This document shows positions 40,726 through 50,291 of a DNA stretch of 64,000 nt, piece by piece. Position numbers and translations under genes: made by a program. Location: contig JBGVTE010000126.1 in NCBI GenBank assembly GCA_041862375.1, forward strand, positions 70,776-134,775, written 5' to 3'. The notes below the pieces were generated by a model. The model was not told the origin of the DNA and ran no database searches. It saw only the letters and a program-made list of their open reading frames with translations. Every line of letters begins with the position of its first letter. Within the stretch, counting starts at the first letter, position 1. The DNA comes from Candidatus Aminicenantaceae bacterium. Its GTDB lineage: Bacteria; Acidobacteriota; Aminicenantia; Aminicenantales; Aminicenantaceae.

Positions 40726-41728
40726 CCTCGCTTATAATCTGAATTTCCCTGGCCATGGCCTGTTGAATTCTGTCCTGAATCCTGCTTACTACAAAATCTT
40801 TGGCTAGCTTCACTGCACTTTTAACTGCATTGACATTCGAACGTCCGTGCCCTATGATGCAAACTCCGTTTAATCCCAGCAGAAGGGCTCCTCCATACTC
40901 AGTGTAGTCTACTTTCTTAAACAACTTATTCAAATTTCTCTTCATCAATAAATAGCCGAGTTTTGCAAAAAAATTTTTCATGATTTCATTGCGGACCATG
41001 AAGAAAAAGGTTTCTATTACTCCTTCACTAGCTTTTAAGGCAACATTACCAGTGAAACCATCGCTGACAATAACATCAGCCTTCCCAGAAAAAATGTCTT
41101 TCCCCTCTATATTCCCGATAAAATTCAGGGAAGATAACTGCAGTTGTTCGAAGACTTGCTTGGTCAACTCATTTCCCTTGGATTCCTCTTCGCCAATACT
41201 CATCAATCCTATGCGAGAATTCTTTAGCCCCAAAACATTTTCCATGAAAACTCGCCCCATTATAGCAAACTGGACTAAATGCTGGGGACGGCAATCAACG
41301 TTTGCTCCTACATCTATGAGGAGAGTAAGGCCCTGTAATGTAGGAACAAGGAGGGCTAAAGCTGGTTTGTCAACTCCTTTTAATGAACCTAAAATTTTTT
41401 TCGAAATGTAGACTACAGCCGCAGTATTTCCTGTGCTCACAAATGCATTTGCTTCTCCATTTTTAACGAGTTGAGCGCCAACACGGATGGAAGAGTTCTT
41501 CTTTTTTCTAAAGGAAAAAACACCTTCACTCATGCCTATTGCTTCTGGAGCATCAATGATTGTGACCTTTGCCGAGTATTCTTTGTGTTTAGAGAATTCC
41601 TTTTTTATCAGCTTTTCTACGCCTACAAGCAGAACTTCAATTTTGAACTCCTGAGACGCCCTAATAGCCCCTTCTACTGCCACGTGGGGACCAAAGTCTC
41701 CTCCCATGGCATCTACAGCGATCTTCAT
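40715..41728 (-). CDS. plsX: Phosphate acyltransferase PlsX
   Basis: 337 aa, AVDAMGGDFGP. Confidence 0.9.
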   Translation of the reverse strand: MKIAVDAMGGDFGPHVAVEGAIRASQEFKIEVLLVGVEKLIKKEFSKHKEYSAKVTIIDAPEAIGMSEGVFSFRKKKNSSIRVGAQLVKNGEANAFVSTGNTAAVVYISKKILGSLKGVDKPALALLVPTLQGLTLLIDVGANVDCRPQHLVQFAIMGRVFMENVLGLKNSRIGLMSIGEEESKGNELTKQVFEQLQLSSLNFIGNIEGKDIFSGKADVIVSDGFTGNVALKASEGVIETFFFMVRNEIMKNFFAKLGYLLMKRNLNKLFKKVDYTEYGGALLLGLNGVCIIGHGRSNVNAVKSAVKLAKDFVVSRIQDRIQQAMAREIQIISEVES

Positions 41729-41741
41729 TCATCCCTCATTA

Positions 41742-41921
41742 CTATTCTGCCCCTTCTATAACCTGCCTTCCTTTGTAAAATCCGCATTCTGGACAGACGC
41801 GGTGGGGCAATTTGGGATTTCCACAGTTGGAACAAAGAGATAGAGCAGGAATAGTCAAGAAGTCATGAGCACGTCTCTTCCTTTTCCTTGAATGAGAATG
41901 TCTTCTTTTTGGATTAGCCAT
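41742..41921 (-). CDS. rpmF: 50S ribosomal protein L32
   Basis: Unlisted 59-aa ORF MANPKRRHSHSRKRKRRAHDFL...CSNCGNPKLPHRVCPECGFYKGRQV, found by translating the gap between plsX and yceD. Confidence 0.85.
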   Translation of the reverse strand: MANPKRRHSHSRKRKRRAHDFLTIPALSLCSNCGNPKLPHRVCPECGFYKGRQVIEGAE

Positions 41922-42452
41922 TTATCCTTTATCTTTGATGAATAATATTAGCTTCTGAAGGCGAGGATCAGAATCTTTTACTTCGCAACCGCATTTATCA
42001 ACTCGCTGATTTTTTCCGCAAACAGGGCATATGCCTTGGCACTCTTCAGAGCATAAAGGTTTAAGAGGGAAAGTCATGTTTAGCTGCTCCAACACAACTT
42101 CTCCTGTATCAATCTGCCGATTGTAGTAAAAAAAGTTATTCAAATCCTCACTTTTCAACTCGTCTTTTATTAAGTCGAGCTCTTCGGGAAGATAGACAAG
42201 ATCAAAGTTGGAATCAACAGGAAATTTGAATGGCATCAAACAGCGGCTACATACAAAACTAATGCATGTCTTTATTTTCCCCTTGATCCGTATCTCTTCT
42301 CCAATTTTTTTGATGTCTAATTCAGCATGAACAGGCTGAAGAAAAACCACACTCTCCTCGACAAGGTCTAAACTTGAAAACTCAAAATCCTTGGAAACCG
42401 TTAGGCCTTCTTTGGGTAATCTATCTACACTTATAAGCATTTTCTTCTCCAA
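41922..42452 (-). CDS. yceD: YceD/DUF177 family protein (large-subunit rRNA accumulation)
   Basis: 176 aa with the C-terminal Cys cluster CSEECQGICPVCGKN. Canonical position upstream of rpmF-plsX. Confidence 0.75.
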   Translation of the reverse strand: MEKKMLISVDRLPKEGLTVSKDFEFSSLDLVEESVVFLQPVHAELDIKKIGEEIRIKGKIKTCISFVCSRCLMPFKFPVDSNFDLVYLPEELDLIKDELKSEDLNNFFYYNRQIDTGEVVLEQLNMTFPLKPLCSEECQGICPVCGKNQRVDKCGCEVKDSDPRLQKLILFIKDKG

Positions 42453-42680
42453 AACATTCTCACTATTATAACATCTTGCCTTCCTTTGTCAATAAGACCA
42501 AATTTTGGGATCAGATCTATTTTTATTTCAATTCTAAGCTTATAAATTTGGCATTTTTCTTTTATGAAAATGTTATAAAAATGAAAAAAACAGGCAAAAT
42601 AGGACCAGCCCCTTTTTAATAAGCTTGATATCTTGAAGTCGAAATGTATAATATAAATAAAATTAAGCCAGCGACAGAAA

Positions 42681-42950
42681 ATGGGCATGATGAATTCAAA
42701 TATTGACCACAAAGGCGTGCTTTTTCACATCCAGACCCAAGACAAGGGTCCAAAAGTTAATTACGTTGAATCTCTCATCTTCAAATCTGGAAAACTTCTC
42801 TCTTCACGAAAAGCTTCTTATCTCTCTTGCTTAAGAAGTCCAGAGTTAAAAGAGAAGATTGAGCAATTAATAAAAGGCCAACACCACACTATTATCAAAG
42901 AGATTACAGAAGGAAAATTTGACCACTTTCTCAACTCCACCGATCCCTGA
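42681..42950 (+). CDS. Hypothetical small protein (89 aa)
   Basis: ORF in the divergent yceD/polA intergenic region with a TATAAT-like box upstream but no clear SD. No similarity recognised. Confidence 0.3.
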   Translation: MGMMNSNIDHKGVLFHIQTQDKGPKVNYVESLIFKSGKLLSSRKASYLSCLRSPELKEKIEQLIKGQHHTIIKEITEGKFDHFLNSTDP

Positions 42951-43014
42951 TGAAAGATTCAAACTCTCATTAAATCCCTTGAAAACGTGAAAGCCTTTAA
43001 AATAAAATTTTTAA

Positions 43015-45705
43015 TTGATAAAGACTAAAATGATAGGAAAAAAGCTCTTTTTAATAGACGGGAATTCTCTGCTTTACCGCTCTTATTATGCCATTAAACG
43101 TCTCTCTACTTCTCAAGGATTCCCTACTAACGCCATCTATGGATTCATCAACACGCTCAGGAAACTCATCGACCAAGAGACCCCTGAATATTTGGGTATA
43201 GTCTTTGATACCAAGGGACCTACAATCCGGCATGCGGCTTATAAAGAATATAAAGCCCAACGAAAGCCGATGCCAGAAGATTTAGCTGTTCAAATCCCTG
43301 TCGTTAAAAAGATTATCAACGCCTTAAACATTCCCTTCTTTGAATTCGAGAAATATGAAGCCGACGATGTGCTGGGAAGCCTGGTTCGGAAAGCATCGTC
43401 CAGAAAGATTCACTTTTACATTGTTTCTACTGACAAAGATCTTTTCCAGCTCGTGGATAAAACAGTATATGTCTACAATCCTGTAAAGGAGATTTATCTG
43501 GATGAAAAAAAAGTGAAGGAATACTTCGGTGTTTTGCCTTCTCAGGTTATTGACGTTCTTGCCCTGTGGGGAGATCCTTCAGACAATATCCCTGGAGTGC
43601 CAGGAATCGGAGAAAAAACATCCAAAACTCTCATTAATCAATTCGGCTCCCTGAATAACCTTCTCAGAAACCTGGATACATTAAAAAACCCACGATTAAA
43701 AGAAAAGATAGAACAGAACTTAGACCAACTTGAGATGAGCAGGGCACTGGTGACTATAGAAAAAGATTTAGATATAAAATTCAATCTAGATGAATTTCGC
43801 TTAATCGAGCCCAACTATGAAGAAATCACAGAAATTTTTAACGAATTAGGGTTCTCCTCTCTGCTCTCTGAGTATTTGAAAGATAAAAAGGATGCAAAAA
43901 AAACGTATGTAGTTATTCACACTGAACAGGAACTGAAGAAGCTCGTTGAAAAAATTAAAAAATCTAAAGTTATATCTGTAGACACAGAAACCGACAGCCC
44001 ATATCCGACTCAAGCCCGCCTGGTTGGAATATCTTTCTCTCTCGAACCTCATCATGCATACTACCTTCCACTTCGTCATGACTATAAAGGTGTTCCGTAC
44101 CAAATCTCCAAAAATTCAGCCTTCCATCTTCTAGAAGAAGTGCTCTGTGATCCAGGAATAAAAAAAGTCGGTCAGAATATGAAATATGACTATATCGTTT
44201 TTAAAAGAGAAGGCATTCTGATGAAAGGCTTAGATCTGGATGCTATGGTTCTCTCTTATCTGCTTGAGCCGAATTGGGGAAAACACAATCTAAATAAATT
44301 GGCCTTACATTATCTACAGGAAAAAACTATTGATTACACTGATGTGGTGGGAAAAGGCAAAAAAGAGGTTACGATTGACAAAGTTGCCATCGATAAAGTT
44401 GCGCCTTATGCATGCCAGGACGCAGATCTGGCACTGCAGCTTAGCTCGCTCCTTTGGCCAAAGGTAAAAGAAAAAAATTTAGAGTCCCTCTACCGAAAAA
44501 TAGAGCTTCCCTTGATCGAAGTTCTAGCAGACATGGAAATGTGGGGCATTAAAATTGAAACTCGAGCTTTAAAAAAATTATCTTTCGAGCTGAAACAGGA
44601 ACTTGACTTTTTAACAAAAAAAATCTATGCGGCAAGCGGTGAAGAATTCAATATTAATTCCCCTCAACAGCTTGCAGATGTTCTCTTCAATAAGATGAAT
44701 CTCCCCCCCTCAAGAAAGACAAAAATAACCAAGGGGTATTCGACCTCTGTTGCTATTCTCCAGGATTTAGCTCCCTCGTATCCCATTGCAAAGGACGTCT
44801 TGGAGTACAGGCAACTAGCAAAACTAAAATCATCGTATGCTGACTCACTCCCTCTTCTCCTCAACCCAGAAACAGAGAGAATCCACACTTCCTACAACCA
44901 AACCATCGCAGCCACGGGCAGGCTTTCAAGCAGTGATCCGAATCTCCAGAATATTCCTGTCAAGGGAGAACTGGGACAGAGGTTCCGCCAAGCATTTATT
45001 CCAGACTCTAGCCATCTGTTTCTATCCGCTGACTACTCTCAAATTGAACTTAGGGTCCTGGCTCATCTCTCACATGATCCAGCTCTCGTGGAAAGCTTCC
45101 ACAAGGGACACGATATACACGAGGACACAGCCGCTCGGGTTTTCGGCGGGAATTCACTCCTCTTTAAGGAAGAACAGCGAAGAAGGGCCAAAATCATAAA
45201 TTTCAGTATCGTTTATGGAGCATCAGCCTATTCTCTAGCCCGAGAACTTGAGACATCGCCCTCTGAAGCCCAGAAATTTATTGACCTTTACTTTGAAAAA
45301 TACCCAAGGGTCCGGGAATTCCTGGAGAGGCAGGTGAAGGATGCTCAAAAGAGGGGTTTTGCCGAAACCCTCTTCGGAAGGAAAAGACAGGTCCCGGAAT
45401 TAAAACATGCAGATAAATTGACCCAGCAGGCTGGACGCCGCATCGCACTAAACACTCCCATCCAAGGTACGGCAGCAGATTTAATGAAAAAAGCCATGAT
45501 TGATATATGGCTGGAATTAAAAAAACGCAAACTTAAATCTAAGATGATCCTTCAAGTCCATGATGAGCTAGTTTTTGAAGTGCCGGATAAAGAAAGGGAT
45601 GAACTGGAAGATTTAGCTAAGAAAAATATGGAGAAAGTTTATCCCCTGAAAGTTCCCCTCAAAGTTCATCTGGGATGGGGTATAAACTGGGCTGAAGCCA
45701 AATAA
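43015..45705 (+). CDS. polA: DNA polymerase I
   Basis: 896 aa with a 5'-3' exonuclease, a 3'-5' exonuclease and polymerase motifs A/B/C (DYSQIELR, RRRAKIINFSIVYG, QVHDEL). Confidence 0.95.
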   Translation: MIKTKMIGKKLFLIDGNSLLYRSYYAIKRLSTSQGFPTNAIYGFINTLRKLIDQETPEYLGIVFDTKGPTIRHAAYKEYKAQRKPMPEDLAVQIPVVKKIINALNIPFFEFEKYEADDVLGSLVRKASSRKIHFYIVSTDKDLFQLVDKTVYVYNPVKEIYLDEKKVKEYFGVLPSQVIDVLALWGDPSDNIPGVPGIGEKTSKTLINQFGSLNNLLRNLDTLKNPRLKEKIEQNLDQLEMSRALVTIEKDLDIKFNLDEFRLIEPNYEEITEIFNELGFSSLLSEYLKDKKDAKKTYVVIHTEQELKKLVEKIKKSKVISVDTETDSPYPTQARLVGISFSLEPHHAYYLPLRHDYKGVPYQISKNSAFHLLEEVLCDPGIKKVGQNMKYDYIVFKREGILMKGLDLDAMVLSYLLEPNWGKHNLNKLALHYLQEKTIDYTDVVGKGKKEVTIDKVAIDKVAPYACQDADLALQLSSLLWPKVKEKNLESLYRKIELPLIEVLADMEMWGIKIETRALKKLSFELKQELDFLTKKIYAASGEEFNINSPQQLADVLFNKMNLPPSRKTKITKGYSTSVAILQDLAPSYPIAKDVLEYRQLAKLKSSYADSLPLLLNPETERIHTSYNQTIAATGRLSSSDPNLQNIPVKGELGQRFRQAFIPDSSHLFLSADYSQIELRVLAHLSHDPALVESFHKGHDIHEDTAARVFGGNSLLFKEEQRRRAKIINFSIVYGASAYSLARELETSPSEAQKFIDLYFEKYPRVREFLERQVKDAQKRGFAETLFGRKRQVPELKHADKLTQQAGRRIALNTPIQGTAADLMKKAMIDIWLELKKRKLKSKMILQVHDELVFEVPDKERDELEDLAKKNMEKVYPLKVPLKVHLGWGINWAEAK

Positions 45706-46109
45706 GAAATATCTTAAAAACCTCAACATCTTTTTTTTCCCTAGCTCTATACCTTTAATTGAGACTGCCTTAAGATTTAAAGAAGATAAATTGCTTCGCA
45801 CCCTGTATCAGATAAACCTATATAAACTCATGCATGAAGATTCCGCAGGAAAAAATTGAGCGCTGCTGCAAATCTCCCCCAGAGAATATAGGGAATAAGA
45901 AACATTCCTGCTGGTTTGAAATAAGCTTTTAGTAAAGGCACTATATTTCCACAACAAAACGGATGCCAGAATTATTCATCAAGAAAAGGCAGGGTGCTGG
46001 CTGTCTAGGGGAAATAAGCAAAAGGGAAACTATGAAATGCCCAAATGTCTCCTTGTCCAGCCAGCGCAACAAGGTTATGGATTTTATAACATAGAAGCAT
46101 GAGAAAATC

Positions 46110-46129
46110 AATCGCCGGGGTGGGCGATT
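46110..46129 (-). terminator. Candidate intrinsic terminator downstream of the Ser/Thr kinase gene
   Basis: AATCGCC-GGGGTG-GGCGATT hairpin (7-bp stem) followed on the minus strand by GATTTTCTC, 30 nt after the stop. Confidence 0.35.
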
Positions 46130-46159
46130 TTAAAGGTAATTACTCTATGGGCTTAAACA

Positions 46160-48646
46160 TCAGTCTAATCCCATTTTCTCCAGCAGTGCGATAAACCTCG
46201 GTTCTGAACGCAGGCTATCTAGCCAGGGATCGACTTTGATATTGCTAATTAATGATGATTGCTCCTCAAAAGCTCTTTCTAGAAAGTCCAATGCCAGATC
46301 TTTCTCACCAAGGGCAGAATACAGAAGTGCTATTTGGTATTTTGGAACATAGCTCCTCTTCGATCTCTCTCTCAGATCCTCAAGTATCCTCAAAGCTTCA
46401 TCTCTATTACCGGCCGCTGCATAGGCATAGGCAAGGTTCCCTAAGTAATCAGCACTTCTTCCAGAAAGATCTACAGCCTTCTGAATTTCTCTGACAGCTT
46501 CATCATATAGTTCCTTCTGAACATATGACAGCCCGAGAACATCATGTGCCCAATGGAAATTAGGGTCTATCTCTAGTGCCCTCTTGGAATACTCTATCGC
46601 TCTATCATACTGGCGAGCATAGCGATATATTGAAGCTAATTCCGTATTAATGGGCAGAGAAAGTGGGTCAAGCTCTCTTGCTCTTTCAACCTTCTGGATG
46701 GCCTCATCAAAACGCCCCATGGCCTTCAAGAGACTGCCATACCAATGGTGAGCTGTGGCATAGCTGGGATTAAGACCGATAGCCCAGTTAAAGTCTGCCT
46801 CAGCACCAAACCAATCCAAGTCAAACCAAGACTTTACCCAAGCAAGGGAGGTATGAGCCTCAGCAAGAGTGTCATCTATTTCCAATGCCTTTAAGGCTGC
46901 CTCCTTCGCTTTTGGGTAAACCTCATGAGGAGGGCGTAATCCATGGCTTGCAAGCATGTTGTAGGCATCAGCGATTCCGGCGTAAGCCTGGGCATAGTCT
47001 GGATCCTTTTCAATTGCTTCTCCGAAGTGCTTCATCGCTTTCATCAAGTCCTCTTCTGTCCGCTTCTTCCAGAAATGCCGCCCTTTCAAATAAAGTTGGT
47101 AGGCCTCTGGGTTTACAGAGCGTGCGCTCGTCAGCCGCGCACTCTCGGCAGGTGTTAGAGCTATCTTAATCTCTTGGGCAATGGCTCGTGCCAGTTCGTT
47201 CTGTAAAGCTAAAATATCACTCATATCGCGTTCGTAGCTCCTAGACCAGAGGTTTCTATCAGACATCGCATCTATCAGTTGCACCGTAACACGCACCCGC
47301 TGACCAGAACGCACTACAGAACCTTCAACTACTGTATCTACTTTTAGCTCTCTCGCTATCTCAGGTAAAGGCTTTCGGGCTCCCTTGTACTGCATAACCG
47401 ATGTGCTGGAAATAACCCGCTGTAAAGCACCTAATTGAGTCAGGTTAGAAATCAATGCCTCAGTCATCCCGTCAACAAAGTATTCCTCTTCATGAATCCC
47501 AGAAAGGTTTTTCAGCGGAAGCACTGCAAGAGAATTTATTGTTTGCGAACGAGTTGTGAATACATAGATAGCGACCACTATGATCAGAATCAAGATAACC
47601 ACTATGCCACCAGACAAGACAAATTTTCTCCACCTAGCTCTTCCTGCTTTCTCTCCTAATGTTTCTTTCTTGACAAAAATTATATCTGTGGTAGGGGTTT
47701 CACTTTCTAGTTTGCCCAATTCAAGGAGCAGTTCCTCAGCACTTTGGAACCTCTTCTCTCTGTCTTTCTCCATACATTTCAAAATTACACGGCTCAAGCT
47801 TCTTGGAGTCTGTGGGCTGGCTTCTCTTGGATCTGGAGACGCTTCGGTCTTCTGCTTCACCCCTATGCTCAAAGGTGTCCCACCCTCAAAGGGACCTCTC
47901 CCTGTGACCATTTCATAAAGAATCACTCCCAGTGAATAAATATCAGACCTGTGGTCAACCTCTTTTCCCTCCACCTGCTCTGGAGACATGTACTCTGGTG
48001 TCCCGATAATCACCCCTTCTTCTGTAATGCCTTTTGATTTAGTGAAACGTGCTATTCCAAAATCCATAATTTTGGCATTGCCATCTTTATCTATCATGAT
48101 GTTCTGGGATTTTAAATCCCGGTGAGTTACCCCTAGTCTGTGAGCTTCTGCCAGGCCCTCACAGACTTGCTTGGCTATTGAAACGGCTTTTCCCGCACTT
48201 AATTGTCCCATTCTTTTGATTGAGCTCTTCAAGTCCTCTCCAGGTACGTATTCCATAGTAATGTATTGTGTCCCCTCCTCTTCGCTGAAATCATACATCC
48301 GGCATACATTCCGGTGAGATATCTTCCTCGCAAACTTCAGCTCATTTCGGAAGCGCTCGATAATCCTCTTTTCCGAGGCGATATCGGGATTTAAGAATTT
48401 CAAGGCTATCTCTTCATTTACCTTTTTATCAACCACTCTGTAGACCTCGGCCATTCCTCCTCTTCCAAGCTCTTCAATCACCTCGTATCTTTGAGCAAAG
48501 GTGCTTCCTCTCGTTAATTCTTTCCTCTGGGCCAGAAGAGTTTTTGTCTCAAAAGAAGCCTCCCCTGACTCTTGAAGCGGTGTTGCACACGCGCCGCAAA
48601 AACGGCTATCAGCAGGATTTTCAGCATTACATTTCGGACATTTCAT
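46160..48646 (-). CDS. Serine/threonine protein kinase with N-terminal zinc ribbon, single TM and C-terminal TPR domain
   Basis: 828 aa with CPKCNAENPADSRFCGAC, a Hanks kinase (HRDLKSQNIM, DFGIAR, GTPEYMSPE), a TM helix, then a TolB-N-like region and TPR repeats. Confidence 0.85.
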   Translation of the reverse strand: MKCPKCNAENPADSRFCGACATPLQESGEASFETKTLLAQRKELTRGSTFAQRYEVIEELGRGGMAEVYRVVDKKVNEEIALKFLNPDIASEKRIIERFRNELKFARKISHRNVCRMYDFSEEEGTQYITMEYVPGEDLKSSIKRMGQLSAGKAVSIAKQVCEGLAEAHRLGVTHRDLKSQNIMIDKDGNAKIMDFGIARFTKSKGITEEGVIIGTPEYMSPEQVEGKEVDHRSDIYSLGVILYEMVTGRGPFEGGTPLSIGVKQKTEASPDPREASPQTPRSLSRVILKCMEKDREKRFQSAEELLLELGKLESETPTTDIIFVKKETLGEKAGRARWRKFVLSGGIVVILILIIVVAIYVFTTRSQTINSLAVLPLKNLSGIHEEEYFVDGMTEALISNLTQLGALQRVISSTSVMQYKGARKPLPEIARELKVDTVVEGSVVRSGQRVRVTVQLIDAMSDRNLWSRSYERDMSDILALQNELARAIAQEIKIALTPAESARLTSARSVNPEAYQLYLKGRHFWKKRTEEDLMKAMKHFGEAIEKDPDYAQAYAGIADAYNMLASHGLRPPHEVYPKAKEAALKALEIDDTLAEAHTSLAWVKSWFDLDWFGAEADFNWAIGLNPSYATAHHWYGSLLKAMGRFDEAIQKVERARELDPLSLPINTELASIYRYARQYDRAIEYSKRALEIDPNFHWAHDVLGLSYVQKELYDEAVREIQKAVDLSGRSADYLGNLAYAYAAAGNRDEALRILEDLRERSKRSYVPKYQIALLYSALGEKDLALDFLERAFEEQSSLISNIKVDPWLDSLRSEPRFIALLEKMGLD

Positions 48647-48910
48647 ATTACTACGTTCCTCTTGAATGTTTAATAATCATAAGTTCCTCAAAATTATGTA
48701 ATACGAAGAGATATGCTCATCATCACCTATGCCAATTTCTAGGCAAATCGATTCTCTAAAAGAAAGACCACGTAATAAAATAATAATTAAAGAGAAAATA
48801 GTCAAATTAAGCTCATTACTGCGAATTCAAATTTGAACGATTTGCGAAACACCTCAACAGTTCTATAAAAATTACAGAGAAAGAGAGGAGCTATATTGAA
48901 AATGGCAATG

Positions 48911-50056
48911 TTAGAGGTTTTTCCGGTAAACGCGATAACGTTTGTAAATCTTCCCCCCCATTTTTTCCATTTCTGCTCTAACCTTTACGTTCGTCTCCAA
49001 TTCATGGTGAGTATCAATCATTTCCAGTCCAGCTTCATGGGCCGATATAATCATCTTTACACCCATAAGAACGTCAAGTCCAAGCCCCCTATATTTCTCT
49101 TTTATTGCCCCAAGGAGAAGGTCAAGCTGCTTTGTCCTTCTGGCTGCCCTTAAAATCTTAAGCCACCCGAACGGTAAAAGGTGTCCCTTTGCTTTCTGGA
49201 TGCCTTCTGTCATATCAGGAATGCCTATGATAAATGCCACCACCTCATCGCCTTCCTTTACAGCCTTTACAAACCGTGGATCAATCACAGGCAAGTAGCG
49301 TTTAGCCAAATCCTCCATCTCCTTTTCATCCAGCGGAGTATAACCGTATATTTCGCTTTGTGAATAGCACTCGTTCATGAGGAAAAGGATTGGCTTCACC
49401 CAAGCCTTCAGCTCTTTTCTCTTTTTGAATTCGATGATCTCAAATTTTCCTCTTCTCTTAATTCGCTCATAGATCTTTTTATAGAACTCAGGAAGTTCCT
49501 TGGGTATTTCAACTTTATAGACAAAATAATCTACATCCTTTGCATACCCTTCATCTTCGATTAAACGTGGCATCCACTCAAAGTTACAGTAGGTAGCAAT
49601 AGTAGCTCTTATATCGAAACCTTCTATCAGAAACCCCTCAGGGTCTTGGTCAGAGAATCCGTACGGTCCAACAATTTTAGTCATCCCTTTCTTCTTAGCC
49701 CATTCCTCAATATAGCTTAGAAGAGCATGAACAACTTCTTTATCTTCCCAGGTCTCAATATAGGCAAAACGGGCTGTCTTTTCTTTTCTAAGCTCGTTGT
49801 GACGAGAATTTATAATGCCCATAATCCGCCCCACAACCTTTTTTTCCCTAAAAGCAAGAAGGAGAACTGTTTCACAGTAACTGAAAGCTTTGTTTTTTTG
49901 GGAGTTAAAATACTTCCATTCATCAATGTATATAGACGGCACCCAGCTCTTGTGATTGGCATGTATTTTCTCCGGAAGGTATATAAAACTTCTTAAATCT
50001 CCCCTATCCCTTACCTCTCTTATTTTTACCGCCATCCTAGCCTCTCTGGATCTCAC
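48911..50056 (-). CDS. Putative GNAT-family acetyltransferase-like protein
   Basis: 381 aa. Fold assignment is tentative and from memory of similar ~380-aa hypothetical acetyltransferases. The start may be the second Met (50035). Confidence 0.4.
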   Translation of the reverse strand: MRSREARMAVKIREVRDRGDLRSFIYLPEKIHANHKSWVPSIYIDEWKYFNSQKNKAFSYCETVLLLAFREKKVVGRIMGIINSRHNELRKEKTARFAYIETWEDKEVVHALLSYIEEWAKKKGMTKIVGPYGFSDQDPEGFLIEGFDIRATIATYCNFEWMPRLIEDEGYAKDVDYFVYKVEIPKELPEFYKKIYERIKRRGKFEIIEFKKRKELKAWVKPILFLMNECYSQSEIYGYTPLDEKEMEDLAKRYLPVIDPRFVKAVKEGDEVVAFIIGIPDMTEGIQKAKGHLLPFGWLKILRAARRTKQLDLLLGAIKEKYRGLGLDVLMGVKMIISAHEAGLEMIDTHHELETNVKVRAEMEKMGGKIYKRYRVYRKNL

Positions 50057-50175
50057 AAAACTTCCTTAATGTAGTTTATCCTATATTGTGAAGAAAAAAT
50101 CAATTAAAAGTAAGTATCTTTTTATACATTATGGCTATTATCTATATTCTGTTTAACATAAAGGAATTATCCATA

Positions 50176-50199
50176 ATCCAAGAAAATAAAAAAAGATGC
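50176..50199 (+). promoter_or_regulatory. Upstream motif copy (ATCCAAGAAAATAAAAAAAGATGC), 30 nt 5' of the rnf -35
   Basis: Shares AAAAAAAGATGCTT with copies A, B and C. Spacing to TTGACA is 30 nt rather than 19 (+11, one helical turn). Confidence 0.45.
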
Positions 50200-50228
50200 T
50201 TGTAGTTAAAAACACGAAGTAATTCAGG

Positions 50229-50257
50229 GTTGACAACTTTATGTAACAATTTATAAA
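50229..50257 (+). promoter_or_regulatory. rnf operon promoter (TTGACA-17-TATAAA)
   Basis: Consensus hexamers 35 nt upstream of the rnfC ATG. Confidence 0.55.
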
Positions 50258-50291
50258 CTTTAACTTAATTTTTTCCCGGCACCTTTTACGC

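Noticed and set aside
45722-45742. Sixth possible copy of the promoter-upstream motif (CATCTTTTTTTTCCCTAGC) just after polA
   Set aside because: Only the A-tract half matches and the ATCAYSG half is missing. On the minus strand it would point into polA antisense. It is more likely part of the polA terminator T-run.
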